DNA of 64,000 nucleotides from Vulcanimicrobiota bacterium. Its GTDB lineage: Bacteria; Vulcanimicrobiota; Xenobia; Xenobiales; JADMJV01. The position numbers and the translations under genes were made by a program. Below are positions 37,761-47,395 of the stretch, in pieces (within the stretch, counting starts at the first letter, position 1; every line of letters starts with the position of its first letter). Under the pieces are notes generated by a model, which had not been told where the DNA came from, searched no databases, and saw nothing but the letters and a program-made list of their open reading frames with translations. The stretch lies in the NCBI GenBank assembly GCA_050250895.1, contig JBFWNU010000007.1, forward strand, positions 224,001 to 288,000, given 5' to 3'.

Positions 37761-38989
37761 TTCTTGGAGGCAGCGGGCAGCGGTTTGGGGGCAGGGGCGG
37801 GCTTCTTCGAGCGGATCAACACCAGCGGGGTCATCTCGCCGGCGTTGCCCTGCGGGTTCGGCTTGAGAGCCTCGACCACTTCGTCATGACGGCTCGGGTC
37901 GGACAGGTGCAAGACATCGACCTTGCCCAGGTCGTTGGCGTCGACGATGGTGGCCTCGAGCCCGGTCTTGGCCTTGATCTCGGCCACCAGGGCATCGCCC
38001 CGGGCCGGACCCATGACCACATGCTTGTCGAAGGGGGGTAGCGTGCCGGTGCAATCATCGATCGTAGCCACCGCTCGTCCGGCCAGGCGATAGAACTCGC
38101 CTGGTTTTCCGCGCAGTTTGCCGATCACTCCCACCGCCATAGAGACCAGAATCTTGGCCACTCCCACTTCACGGAAGGCCATCTCGAGGGCGTAGACCGA
38201 CGAGAGCGACGAGTTCATGTCGAACAGTTTGTTGAGGCGGGTGGCCAGATAGCGAGGCTTGATGTCCTCACAATAGGCGATCCGGCCCTGGCAGATAGCC
38301 ACTACCGTCTCGGCCAGAGCCACGATGTCACCTGGCTTGCCCACATCTTTGACGTGTTCGACCACCAGTTCCACCAGATCGTCGCCGGGACGAAGCAGGC
38401 GAGTGCGAAGGGGCACGACCGTGCCTTTGGGGTCGGTTTTCTTGGTAGGGGTCTCGCCGACGACTTCCTGGGTGGGCGCGTCTTCAACCTCGCGGAAGGT
38501 GTTGAAGTCGAGCAGCAATTCGACGCGCTCGTAGTGCATCGGAGAGCGTCCGTAATACTTGAAGAGACAGTCGATACGGAGCTTCTTCAACTCTTTCTCC
38601 AGCACCGCCCGCACGTCGGCGGCCGAAAGCCAGAGTTCGATGTAGGTGAGCAACTCGCCGCCGGGCTTGATGATGCAAGCTTCCCAGTAGCCGTCGGTCC
38701 GGGGGACCTCAGGGTTGATCCAGCGACAGACTGGCTGCAGAGCGCTGAACTTGTCTCCGGCTGGCTGAAGATTGGCCTGAGCGTCGATCATCAGTGCCTG
38801 CTGGCGGCCGTTGTTGGTGAACGGGATGGCAAAGCGCAGGCAGACGTGATTGTGATCGGCGTAGTAGAGGGTCTTCTCGCTGATCTGGTCGGTGCGTAGG
38901 CGCACACGGCAGTCGCCCACTTTTTTGCCCCACAGTTCGAGGCCGACGGCGCCCAGCGCCACAGGTATCAATGTCAAACTCAAGGACAT
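37757..38989 (-). CDS. F420-0:gamma-glutamyl ligase-like (CofE-fold) protein with N-terminal extension
   Basis: ALAETVVAICQGR, IDDCTGTLPPFD, IVDANDLG, NPQGNAGEMTP. Confidence 0.75.
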   Translation of the reverse strand: MSLSLTLIPVALGAVGLELWGKKVGDCRVRLRTDQISEKTLYYADHNHVCLRFAIPFTNNGRQQALMIDAQANLQPAGDKFSALQPVCRWINPEVPRTDGYWEACIIKPGGELLTYIELWLSAADVRAVLEKELKKLRIDCLFKYYGRSPMHYERVELLLDFNTFREVEDAPTQEVVGETPTKKTDPKGTVVPLRTRLLRPGDDLVELVVEHVKDVGKPGDIVALAETVVAICQGRIAYCEDIKPRYLATRLNKLFDMNSSLSSVYALEMAFREVGVAKILVSMAVGVIGKLRGKPGEFYRLAGRAVATIDDCTGTLPPFDKHVVMGPARGDALVAEIKAKTGLEATIVDANDLGKVDVLHLSDPSRHDEVVEALKPNPQGNAGEMTPLVLIRSKKPAPAPKPLPAASKN

Positions 38990-39080
38990 AAGCCCTCCGG
39001 AAGGAAGCGGCCCCAGACAGGGCAAAGATTTCCTCACAGGTTAATCATTCTCCGGTCTTATCCTCCTGTCGAAAGGTCGC

Positions 39081-40718
39081 ATGGAAAAACTCTTTGCCAG
39101 CCAGGGTTCGCGGTTCTTCGCGGTCCGCCAACCTGGACAAGTCACCCTCTATCGAGGGCCCGACATCGACATGCGCCACCGGGTCAACGACAAAATGGCT
39201 GGTGAATTGATTCGCCTGGGTAACAACGGCGACATCTTCTTTCGCAAAGGCACCAACGTCTATCAGCTTCGCCGCGAGTCGGGCGTCAAGGCGGTGCGAC
39301 CCCGAGCCCTGGCTCATCTCGATGGCAGTGAAACGGGCGGCACGCTCGGCGGCTTCGAGGTCAACGTTGACGGTCGCGAGTTTTGCTACGAGCGGGTCTT
39401 GCCGGTGAAGGGCATCTCGAACAAGCTCAAGAGTCTGTTTGGCTCCAAGAGCGAGCCGGTGGACGCTACCGAGCATAAACTGGTGTTGTGCAACAGCAAC
39501 TCGGGACAAGCGGTGACCTTCCACGAGGCGCTCGTCGATCCCAAGAAGACGACAGATTTTCGCTGGGCGATTTCTCCGACCTTTGGATTCTTGGTGGTGG
39601 CCGAGACCGACGTCAAAGGCCAGGTGATCTTCCGGCTCATCGACATCATCGACGAGTCGGTGGTGTCCGAGTTCACCATGAGCGTCGAGCGTATCGACGG
39701 ACTGCGGGTCACGGACAACGGTACGGTCATGATCGAAGTGCGCCGGCCGGGCGAAGAGCGTTTGGTGCTCTGGACCTATAGCCAGGACCGGCATCTGGTG
39801 GCGGTTCCGCCCAACTGTCTGGTGCATCATTTTGATCAGCACAAGATCGTGTTTTTGACCCGCGATTCACGCTATCTGGTGGTCAAGGGTTACGACGACC
39901 TGGTCACCTCCAATATCGATCTTTCGCCCCTGGCCGAGTTCGAACTGACCTTCTACCCCCATTTCAATCCCAAGGGCGGGATCGAACTCCTCACCTTCCA
40001 AAACGACCAGTTCCGTATCCACCATACCGACCTCGAGACTCTGCCCATTGATGCTACTCGCTGGAAACTTCTGCAGGAGCAGCGCAAGGTCGAAGAAGAG
40101 CAGCGTATGCTCGAGGAGGCTCTGGCTAAACAGGCTCAGGACCAGAAGAATCTCGAGACCTTGCGCAAGAGTCGGCAGCTGGAACAGGCAGTGAATCTCG
40201 AGACTTCTCTACCCATGATTCGACCCGTGTTGCCCCTAGAGACCTCCGAGCCGGCCAAGAAGTTGGCCAAGCCGCAGCGGCTCGAGATCGAACGAACTCC
40301 CGAGCCGGTGGCTCAAGAGCCGCCGCCGCCCAAGAAGCTGGCCGCGCCAGCCATCAAACCCCCTGAGAAACCGCCGGCCCGTGAATCCACCCTCACCCTC
40401 GAGACGCCTCCGGCTCCAGAACTCGAGCCACCACCCCCACTGGCCGCTCCCGCGCCCCCGGCGCCAGCCGTTAAGCCCGCTCCGGTCGAGAGTTTGCCGG
40501 CCAGTTCGGGCGAACTCGAGGAAGAGCTCGAGAAGCTTCGCATGCACTACATCGCCGGCGAACTCGGCCGCGAAGAGTATTACAGCCGCAAAAAAGCCAT
40601 CGAAGAGAGACGGGCTACCGCGCCGGTGGGCCAACCGGTGTCAGACAAGAATCGACCCAAGATGGAAGCTCGTCGAATCGAGCTTGGAAGCCCACGTGAT
40701 AAGCACCGTCTGGAATGA
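39081..40718 (+). CDS. Hypothetical protein (beta-rich, coiled coil, Pro-rich, SHOCT-like end)
   Basis: Long ORF with typical codon usage; ELEKL...GELGREEY..RKKAI. Confidence 0.75.
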   Translation: MEKLFASQGSRFFAVRQPGQVTLYRGPDIDMRHRVNDKMAGELIRLGNNGDIFFRKGTNVYQLRRESGVKAVRPRALAHLDGSETGGTLGGFEVNVDGREFCYERVLPVKGISNKLKSLFGSKSEPVDATEHKLVLCNSNSGQAVTFHEALVDPKKTTDFRWAISPTFGFLVVAETDVKGQVIFRLIDIIDESVVSEFTMSVERIDGLRVTDNGTVMIEVRRPGEERLVLWTYSQDRHLVAVPPNCLVHHFDQHKIVFLTRDSRYLVVKGYDDLVTSNIDLSPLAEFELTFYPHFNPKGGIELLTFQNDQFRIHHTDLETLPIDATRWKLLQEQRKVEEEQRMLEEALAKQAQDQKNLETLRKSRQLEQAVNLETSLPMIRPVLPLETSEPAKKLAKPQRLEIERTPEPVAQEPPPPKKLAAPAIKPPEKPPARESTLTLETPPAPELEPPPPLAAPAPPAPAVKPAPVESLPASSGELEEELEKLRMHYIAGELGREEYYSRKKAIEERRATAPVGQPVSDKNRPKMEARRIELGSPRDKHRLE

Positions 40719-41614
40719 GACCGCTCCCGGATAGTCCCGCCGGCCCCCGTCCATTCGAGTTCGGGTTGGTGGAGGAGGTGGTCGCGCCGGCCCCCGATTG
40801 GCGCGGCGTTTTGGTCTGGTTGTCGCTACCCGGACTGGCTACTGCGGTTCTCTTTGGCTGGCCTCAGCTGGGTTTTGTCGTCGAGCTGTGGCTGGTGGGA
40901 TGGGTGTTGCTGGCCAGTCTGGTTGCGCACGAACTCGGTCACGCTTTGATGGCCTGGCAAGAGGGCGATGACACGGCCCTGGCCGCCGGGCGATTGTCGC
41001 TGTCGCCGCGAGCCCACTTCGATCCCGTCGGGTCGTTGCTGGCACCCGTGGTGACGGGCCTGACCACCTGGTTGTTGGGCTCGGGAATGGTGGTGGCCTG
41101 GGCGCGCCGCATTCCAGTCGACCCCGCCCGCTTGCGCTCGAAGGGTGGGTTGGTTCGGGTGGCTTTGGCCGGCCCCCTGGTCAACCTGGGGCTGCTCTAC
41201 TTTAGCGCCGTCATGATGATAGGCTGGATGAGTGGGCGGGGCATAGCCGACCCGGCCACCGCCGTCTTGCCGATCGATTGGCTCTCTCATCCGATCGTGG
41301 CCAGCAGCTTACCGCTGGATTTCGTGGTGCTGACGGTCCTTCGTTGGAGCATTTTGGTCAACGCTTTCCTGGTGGCAGTCAATCTCTTTCCGGTGGCCCC
41401 GTTCGATGGCGCCGTCATTTTGCGAAGTAGCTTTTCGGGACGCGTACGTGCGTGGGTCGAGCGCATCCAGAGCTGGGCGCTGGGTCTTTTGCCCGTGTTG
41501 CTGGTCTCGGGACAGGCCCGAATGCTGCTGTGGCCCGTGTTCTGGTTGTGGTACGCGGCCATGGTAGCGGTGGGTCACGGAGCCGGGGTGCCGCTGCCGG
41601 AGGTCGGGCGATGA
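40715..41614 (+). CDS. Site-2 protease (M50)
   Basis: HELGH, VALAGPLVN, NLFPVAPFDG. Confidence 0.92.
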   Translation: MRPLPDSPAGPRPFEFGLVEEVVAPAPDWRGVLVWLSLPGLATAVLFGWPQLGFVVELWLVGWVLLASLVAHELGHALMAWQEGDDTALAAGRLSLSPRAHFDPVGSLLAPVVTGLTTWLLGSGMVVAWARRIPVDPARLRSKGGLVRVALAGPLVNLGLLYFSAVMMIGWMSGRGIADPATAVLPIDWLSHPIVASSLPLDFVVLTVLRWSILVNAFLVAVNLFPVAPFDGAVILRSSFSGRVRAWVERIQSWALGLLPVLLVSGQARMLLWPVFWLWYAAMVAVGHGAGVPLPEVGR

Positions 41615-42900
41615 TTCGGATCCGATGCGAGGATTGCGGGGCCTGGCACTCGGGCGAACTTGCTTTTTGCCCTTATTGCGACACGATGCATGCCGGAGGA
41701 TTGTCGGGCAACGAATCGATCGCGGTTTACGAGAAGGCGACCAGCCGCTTCGCCAGCCAATTGGTCGGCTCGCTGTTGTACCGTCGCAATCTGGCCCAAT
41801 GGTTGGACTGGGCCGGCAGTCTCGTGGGCGATGCCATGGGTTTGCTGCTCGAACCGGCCTGGATTCCTTGTTGGTACGCCGAGCGCACTTCGTTCGCGCC
41901 GGTTGAAGTAGACAAGTTGTTCGGGCTGGATTTTTCACGGCTGGCCTCGGTGGACCGCCGGTTCGAGCGGCTGGGCTTCGGCCGCAGCCTCGATTTCACC
42001 ATCCCTGAAGAGCACCAACAGTGTCTTTATCGACTCTATCTCCTGGCCGGCGAATCCACCTGGGCGCTGGTGCGTATTCCCAGTCCGTCGGCTCTGCGAG
42101 CCGGCCGATGGGAGCTGGGCTTTCATAGTCGCTTGAAGACCGGCGCAGCCCTGGTGACTCAGCCGATGGCCCTGGCTGGTCCCACCCCCGAGGGCAAGGT
42201 CGAGTTTCTTTTCGGCTCACCGCGTCCCGAGGACCTCTACGGACTGCATCGGCAGGAGACGTTTCGGCGCGGCGGGGCGATGCCGGTGCGGGGTCGGCCA
42301 CGGCCAGGAACGTTCTTTCGGCACTACGCTCTGGTGACCAGACTCACCATCTCGCATCGAGTGGGCTTGGGTCTGCTCAAACGCGGCAAGGGTCCGGCCG
42401 TGGCTCGCCACTCGCTGGTCTCGCCCTGGGCTGGCGCCATCGGCAGCTGCGCCCATTGCCTGTGTCCCGTCACCGAAAACGAAGGCGTGCAGGTTCGTCG
42501 CGGATTGCTCTGTGCCCAGTGCTGGGAGGAGCCTCGCAGCCAGCCGCGCCGCGCTTTTATCCCGCTGTGGCGGCGTGGCCTGGCCGGCCTGACCGAGGTC
42601 GGGCTCAGCCTGCTTGCGGCCGGGCTCCTGGCACTGGCCTGGAAGGGCCGGCTCGATTGGACCTGCGCCGTTTTGCTCTGGCCGATGTGCAAGCTTGGCT
42701 TCGATTTGTTTCCTCTTGGCAAGTGGTTACTGGGCTTGCGCCTTCAGGACGAGCAAGGTGGCTCGGTCTCGGTGTTTCGTCGCCTGGTGCGCGCGGTCGC
42801 CTGGTGGGCCTCTTTTGGGCTGGGCTGGCTGCCGGTGCTCTGGCAAGAAACGGCCTGGCACGATCGGGTGGCCGGCACGGGGGTTGGCCCACGCCCGTGA
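41611..42900 (+). CDS. Zn-ribbon protein with C-terminal RDD domain
   Basis: CxxC pairs; LWRRGLA, LGKWLLGLRL, WHDRVAGT. Confidence 0.75.
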   Translation: MIRIRCEDCGAWHSGELAFCPYCDTMHAGGLSGNESIAVYEKATSRFASQLVGSLLYRRNLAQWLDWAGSLVGDAMGLLLEPAWIPCWYAERTSFAPVEVDKLFGLDFSRLASVDRRFERLGFGRSLDFTIPEEHQQCLYRLYLLAGESTWALVRIPSPSALRAGRWELGFHSRLKTGAALVTQPMALAGPTPEGKVEFLFGSPRPEDLYGLHRQETFRRGGAMPVRGRPRPGTFFRHYALVTRLTISHRVGLGLLKRGKGPAVARHSLVSPWAGAIGSCAHCLCPVTENEGVQVRRGLLCAQCWEEPRSQPRRAFIPLWRRGLAGLTEVGLSLLAAGLLALAWKGRLDWTCAVLLWPMCKLGFDLFPLGKWLLGLRLQDEQGGSVSVFRRLVRAVAWWASFGLGWLPVLWQETAWHDRVAGTGVGPRP

Positions 42901-44300
42901 AGGGTCTCTCCACCAGGGTCTGGGCCCTGATGCCGCTGGCGGTTGCCCTCAACCTGGTGATGAGCAACCTGGTGGCACTGTTGAAGCCGTTGCCGCTCTA
43001 TCTCGACTCGGTCGGAACGGTGCTGGTGGGGGCGCTGTGCGGCCCCGGGGCGGGCGCCATCACCGGGATTGCCTCGATCGCCGTGGTGGCTCTGACGGCG
43101 CCCACCTTCTTTCCATTTATGCTCACGGCCGCGGTGGTGGGGGCCCTGTCGGGTTGGCTGGCCCGACGGGGCATTTTCGCCACCCCCGGGCTAGCTGCGG
43201 CCGGTGGTCTGTTTCTGGGAGTCGCGGCAGCCCTGGTCTCGGCCCCCATCTCGGCCTATCTCTTCGGGGGCGTGACCGGAGGTGGAACGGACCTGCTGGT
43301 AGCCTATTTCCGCGGCTCCGGGCGTTCGGCCCTGGAGTCGAGCCTGGCCCAGGGTTTGATTTCGGACCCGCTCGATAAGCTGGTTAGCCTGGTGCTGGTA
43401 CAGCTGCTGTTGGCGGGTCTTCCCGAGTCCATCCGCAACGGCTTTCCCGAAGGTCATCGATTGGCCATCGTCCGGCGGCCCCGACGCGCGCGCCGAGGGA
43501 CCGGGGCCAGTGGAGCCCGACCCCGCGAGAACTGGGGCGCCAGGGTAGCTGGCGAGCAACGGCAACAGGCAGCCGGCTGGCTGCAGGAACTGACTCCGCT
43601 GACCAAATTGCTGGGGCTCTTCGTGGCGGTGGTAATGGCCATTCGCTTTGTGCCGTTCGAGCACGGCACCATCGCTTCGCCTTTGCCGCTGCTCGCCTTT
43701 GGCCTTTTCGGGCTCGCCCTCTCGAGCGGGGTGGGCACGGAAGTTGGCAAGGTGATCGGCTGGTTTTGGGCTCCCCTGGCCCTTTCGATGACCCTCATCA
43801 ACGGCTTGTTCGGACCGACTCCGCGGTTAGTCTGGCGGGGCCTTGCCTATAGCCCCGACGGTCTAGCGGCGGGGTTGGGTCTGGCTCTGCGAGTGCTGGT
43901 CATCTTGCTGGCGGTGGCCCTGATCCTGGCCACCACCCAGCCGGCCGCGCTGGCCGCGGGCCTGGAAGAAGTGGGTTTGCCGCCCAGGTTCTGCTATGTG
44001 GTGCTGGCGGCCCTTTCGCTGGCTCCGGGCATGGCCCGGCGTCTGGATGAAGTGCGCTGTGCTCAGGCTGCCCGTGGTCTTTACCTGGGCGGTCCGGCTC
44101 TGGCCAGGCTCAAGAGCCTGGTTCCCTTGCTGGGCCCAGCCATGCTCAGCGTGTTGGCCGAAACCGAGCAGCGGGCCATGGCCCTCGAGGCGCGAGGCTT
44201 CGGGGCCAGCCGCCGGCGCACCCGCATGAAGGCTGGTTCACGGGGCGAGTGGCCCCTGCGTCTGGCTCTTTTGGCGGTGGGGGTGTGGGCGCTGTGCTAA
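42897..44300 (+). CDS. ECF transporter fused S component + T component
   Basis: LPLYLDSVGT..GP (S component); AQAARG and ALEARGF (EcfT X-R-X motifs). Confidence 0.85.
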   Translation: MKGLSTRVWALMPLAVALNLVMSNLVALLKPLPLYLDSVGTVLVGALCGPGAGAITGIASIAVVALTAPTFFPFMLTAAVVGALSGWLARRGIFATPGLAAAGGLFLGVAAALVSAPISAYLFGGVTGGGTDLLVAYFRGSGRSALESSLAQGLISDPLDKLVSLVLVQLLLAGLPESIRNGFPEGHRLAIVRRPRRARRGTGASGARPRENWGARVAGEQRQQAAGWLQELTPLTKLLGLFVAVVMAIRFVPFEHGTIASPLPLLAFGLFGLALSSGVGTEVGKVIGWFWAPLALSMTLINGLFGPTPRLVWRGLAYSPDGLAAGLGLALRVLVILLAVALILATTQPAALAAGLEEVGLPPRFCYVVLAALSLAPGMARRLDEVRCAQAARGLYLGGPALARLKSLVPLLGPAMLSVLAETEQRAMALEARGFGASRRRTRMKAGSRGEWPLRLALLAVGVWALC

Positions 44301-45109
44301 TCGAGATGAGCGGCTTGACCTTCACCCGCCAGGGCCGGGAGCACCCCAGTCTCTCCGGGGTGACGGCCGCCCTCGAAGCGCCCATGGGTGTCGGTCTGGT
44401 AGGAGCGGCCGGCGCGGGCAAGTCCACTCTGCTCAAAGTGCTGGCCGGTTTCGTTCCGGGGTTGGTGCCCGGGCGGCTCGAGGGAGAGCTTCGCCTGGGC
44501 TCGCGCCCTCTGAGCGAGTATCGTGCGGCCGAGCGGACCCGATTGATCAGCCTGGTCTTCTCGGACCCGGCTCGACAACTGTCGGGCGCCTGCCCGACCG
44601 TGCGCGACGAGTTGGCCTGGGGTCTCGAAAATTTGGCTGTCGAGCCGGCCCACATTCGGGACCGGGTCGAGCAGGTCCTGACCATGACCGGTCTGACTCA
44701 CCTGGCCGAGCGCTCCCCGCTGGCTCTGTCGGGAGGTCAGCAGCAACGGGTGGCCATGGCTTCGGTGTTGGCGCTCCAACCTGGCATTTTGCTGTTGGAT
44801 GAGCCCGTCTCGGCGCTGGACCCGGGGGGAGTGGCCGAAGTCACTGCCCTGGCCCGCCAGCTGGTGGCCGAGGGAACAGCCGTCATCTGGGCCACTCCAC
44901 GCCTGGCCGAGGTCGCCTGGTGTGAACATTGGTGGGTGCTCGAGGGGGGGCGTTTGACGGTGTGCGCACAGCCGAGCGTGGAAACGGCCGCCGGGGCGTT
45001 GGCCGCTCCCTGGACTCGCCTGGCTCGCGCGGCCGGCTGGAAGAAGGCTCTGCCGATTAGCCAGGACCAAGCTCTAGAAGGGTTTCGACAGCGTGCGCAT
45101 CGGCCTTGA
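44294..45109 (+). CDS. ECF transporter ATPase A1
   Basis: GAAGAGKST, TVRDELAWGLEN, LSGGQQQR, LLDEP. Confidence 0.88.
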   Translation: MLIEMSGLTFTRQGREHPSLSGVTAALEAPMGVGLVGAAGAGKSTLLKVLAGFVPGLVPGRLEGELRLGSRPLSEYRAAERTRLISLVFSDPARQLSGACPTVRDELAWGLENLAVEPAHIRDRVEQVLTMTGLTHLAERSPLALSGGQQQRVAMASVLALQPGILLLDEPVSALDPGGVAEVTALARQLVAEGTAVIWATPRLAEVAWCEHWWVLEGGRLTVCAQPSVETAAGALAAPWTRLARAAGWKKALPISQDQALEGFRQRAHRP

Positions 45110-45899
45110 ACAGGTGGTTTTCGAGTATGGTCCGATCCGGGCGCTCGATGGCGTGGATCTGGTGCTCGAGACCGGCAGTTCGGTCTGCCTGCTGGGAGCG
45201 AACGGCTCGGGCAAGACCACGCTGGCCCGCCTGCTGAACGGTTTGTTGGTGCCTACCCAGGGAAGGGTGCTGGTAGGAGATTGGGATACGCGCGAGGTGG
45301 CCGTCAGTTCTCTGGCTGGGCGGGTTGGCTATCTGTTTCAGGACCCCCGGCGTCAGGTCTTTCTCGACACCGTTCGGGAAGAGGTCGCCTTCGGTCCGGC
45401 CAATCTTGGGCTGAAGGTCGACGAGGTCGAGCGGCGGTGCGCGCGTTGGCTCGAGCGACTGGACCTGGCCAGCCTGGCTGACCTGCATCCCTACGATTTG
45501 GGAGAGAGTCAGCTGAGGCGGTTAGCGCTGGCTTCGGTGCTGGCGCTCGAGTCGGATTTTTTAGTCTTGGATGAACCCACCGCCAGCGTCGATGCCCGTG
45601 ACTGGCAGCTTCTGTCAGAGTTGGTCGGGGAATTGGTGGCGGCCGGTAGGGGAGTGGTGGTGATTACCCACGATATGGAGTTTGCGGCCGAGCACTTTGG
45701 ACGAGCCATCGTGCTCGAAGCCGGCCAGGTCCGCCTGGACGGACCGGTCGAACAGGTATTCGCCGGACCTTTGACGGCAGCGCTCGAAGCTCCGGTAGCC
45801 ACTCGATTCAGCCTGGCACTGGGCTTTGACCCTCCCGCTGTCAGGCAGGAGACTTTCCTGGGCTACCTGAAATCCGAGGCTGGTGAGAGACTTCCGTAG
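45093..45899 (+). CDS. ECF transporter ATPase A2
   Basis: GANGSGKTT, FQDP, EEVAFGP, LDEPT, ITHD. Confidence 0.9.
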   Translation: MRIGLEQVVFEYGPIRALDGVDLVLETGSSVCLLGANGSGKTTLARLLNGLLVPTQGRVLVGDWDTREVAVSSLAGRVGYLFQDPRRQVFLDTVREEVAFGPANLGLKVDEVERRCARWLERLDLASLADLHPYDLGESQLRRLALASVLALESDFLVLDEPTASVDARDWQLLSELVGELVAAGRGVVVITHDMEFAAEHFGRAIVLEAGQVRLDGPVEQVFAGPLTAALEAPVATRFSLALGFDPPAVRQETFLGYLKSEAGERLP

Positions 45900-46650
45900 G
45901 CACAAGGTTCTTTCCTCACGGGGGACCAGGCTGGCTGTTTTCGAATCCGGCCACAGAGAGCGACCGACCGTCTTCTTTGTGCACGGGGCCGCCGGTTCCA
46001 CCAGCAACTGGCATTATCAACTCCACGACCTCAAGTCTGACTATCATGTGGTCTCGGTCGACCTGCGCGGGCACGGACATTCCAGCTGGCCCGGCCACTC
46101 GAGCCTCGAAGAGTTCCACGGTGACATCGACGCCGTGTTGTCGGGGCTCGAACTCGACTGTCCGATGGTGGTGGTGGCTCACTCTTTCGGCGGCTGTCTG
46201 GCCACCCACCTGGCCGAGCGCCGGCCCGACCTGGTCAAGGGCCTGGCCCTTTTCGATACCGCCGGCGAGATTCCCAAAGGGGTCATGTATCGTTTACTCT
46301 TGCTGTTCTCGACCAAAGCCGACCTGATGCGCAAACAGTTTCCGTGGATGCTGGCCGCCGACGCCAAGGTGATCCAATCGGTGCTGACCTTTCCGATCAA
46401 GGAATGGGACTGCTGGGATGTCTATCCGCGCTTGCAGATGCCCGTCTTTGTAGCCGCTGGAGCCATGGATGTCTTGATTCCGGCGCGCCTCTCGAGACGG
46501 GTGGCCGAGTTGGCGCCCCGTTCGCGTCTCGAAGTGGTGGCCGGGGCCGGGCACGTGCTGATGATGGAGAAACCCGAACTGGTGAACGGCTGGCTGCGCG
46601 AGTTCGTGAGCCAATGCCTGGGGTCAGAGAGCCAACAACGACCCGCCTAA
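45883..46650 (+). CDS. Alpha/beta hydrolase
   Basis: VHG, DLRGHG, AHSFGG, AGH. Confidence 0.9.
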   Translation: MRDFRRHKVLSSRGTRLAVFESGHRERPTVFFVHGAAGSTSNWHYQLHDLKSDYHVVSVDLRGHGHSSWPGHSSLEEFHGDIDAVLSGLELDCPMVVVAHSFGGCLATHLAERRPDLVKGLALFDTAGEIPKGVMYRLLLLFSTKADLMRKQFPWMLAADAKVIQSVLTFPIKEWDCWDVYPRLQMPVFVAAGAMDVLIPARLSRRVAELAPRSRLEVVAGAGHVLMMEKPELVNGWLREFVSQCLGSESQQRPA

Positions 46651-47327
46651 TCCACAAAGATGAAGTCTGGCGGCGGGGCCGGGGCGGGCGCTTTGATGAC
46701 GATTCCGCTTTGCCAGTATTTGCGGCCATCGGCTTCCACATCGTGCCAGCGGTCGAGAAATTCCTGGCGCGGGATGACCCCTTTGCTGCCAAGGGTCGAA
46801 GGATCCTCGAAGTAGACATTCTGCTCGTCGATGCCCACCACTACCATGTAATGGCCATCAACCCAGTCGTTCTTCCAGTCAGGGTGGGGCTCATCGCTCC
46901 AGGCCTGAGCATCGATGATGACCGGTACGCCAGCGCGCACTTCGCGGGCCAGGTCCTCGAGTGTCATTCCTTCGCGCAGCTCGGCGTTCAACCCCAGCTC
47001 GCGAGCAACTTTGACGATGGCGTGGGGCGGGGTGCCGTTCTCGGGGTCGGTGCCCAGCCGGGTCATCAGGTCAGACTCGATGAACTCCTGTCCGTAGTAC
47101 ATCAGGACCGCCTGCAGTGCCGCCGCCCCGCATGAATAGACGGTGCTCTGGCGGGTGTCGGGCACCGGCAGCAGGCGCACTTCAGGGGGAGGCGCTGGTC
47201 TGGGAACATACTCATCGGCGATCACGGGTGAAGCCGAACTGGCGGCGTAGAGCGCCAGGCCGATCAGAGTCCGTCTTGCTGCGGGCGTGACGGAGCCCAA
47301 ACTAAAGCGGGGCGAATTGACCTGCAT
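46647..47327 (-). CDS. Stand-alone C39 family cysteine peptidase
   Basis: QSTVYSCGAAAL, GHYMVVVG, FEDP. Confidence 0.88.
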   Translation of the reverse strand: MQVNSPRFSLGSVTPAARRTLIGLALYAASSASPVIADEYVPRPAPPPEVRLLPVPDTRQSTVYSCGAAALQAVLMYYGQEFIESDLMTRLGTDPENGTPPHAIVKVARELGLNAELREGMTLEDLAREVRAGVPVIIDAQAWSDEPHPDWKNDWVDGHYMVVVGIDEQNVYFEDPSTLGSKGVIPRQEFLDRWHDVEADGRKYWQSGIVIKAPAPAPPPDFIFVD

Positions 47328-47395
47328 TGGTGACCTCCTGGTGGCAGCCTAGCACGTCAACCCGCCCCGTTTTGAGCCGGAATTTGAACTTTTGG

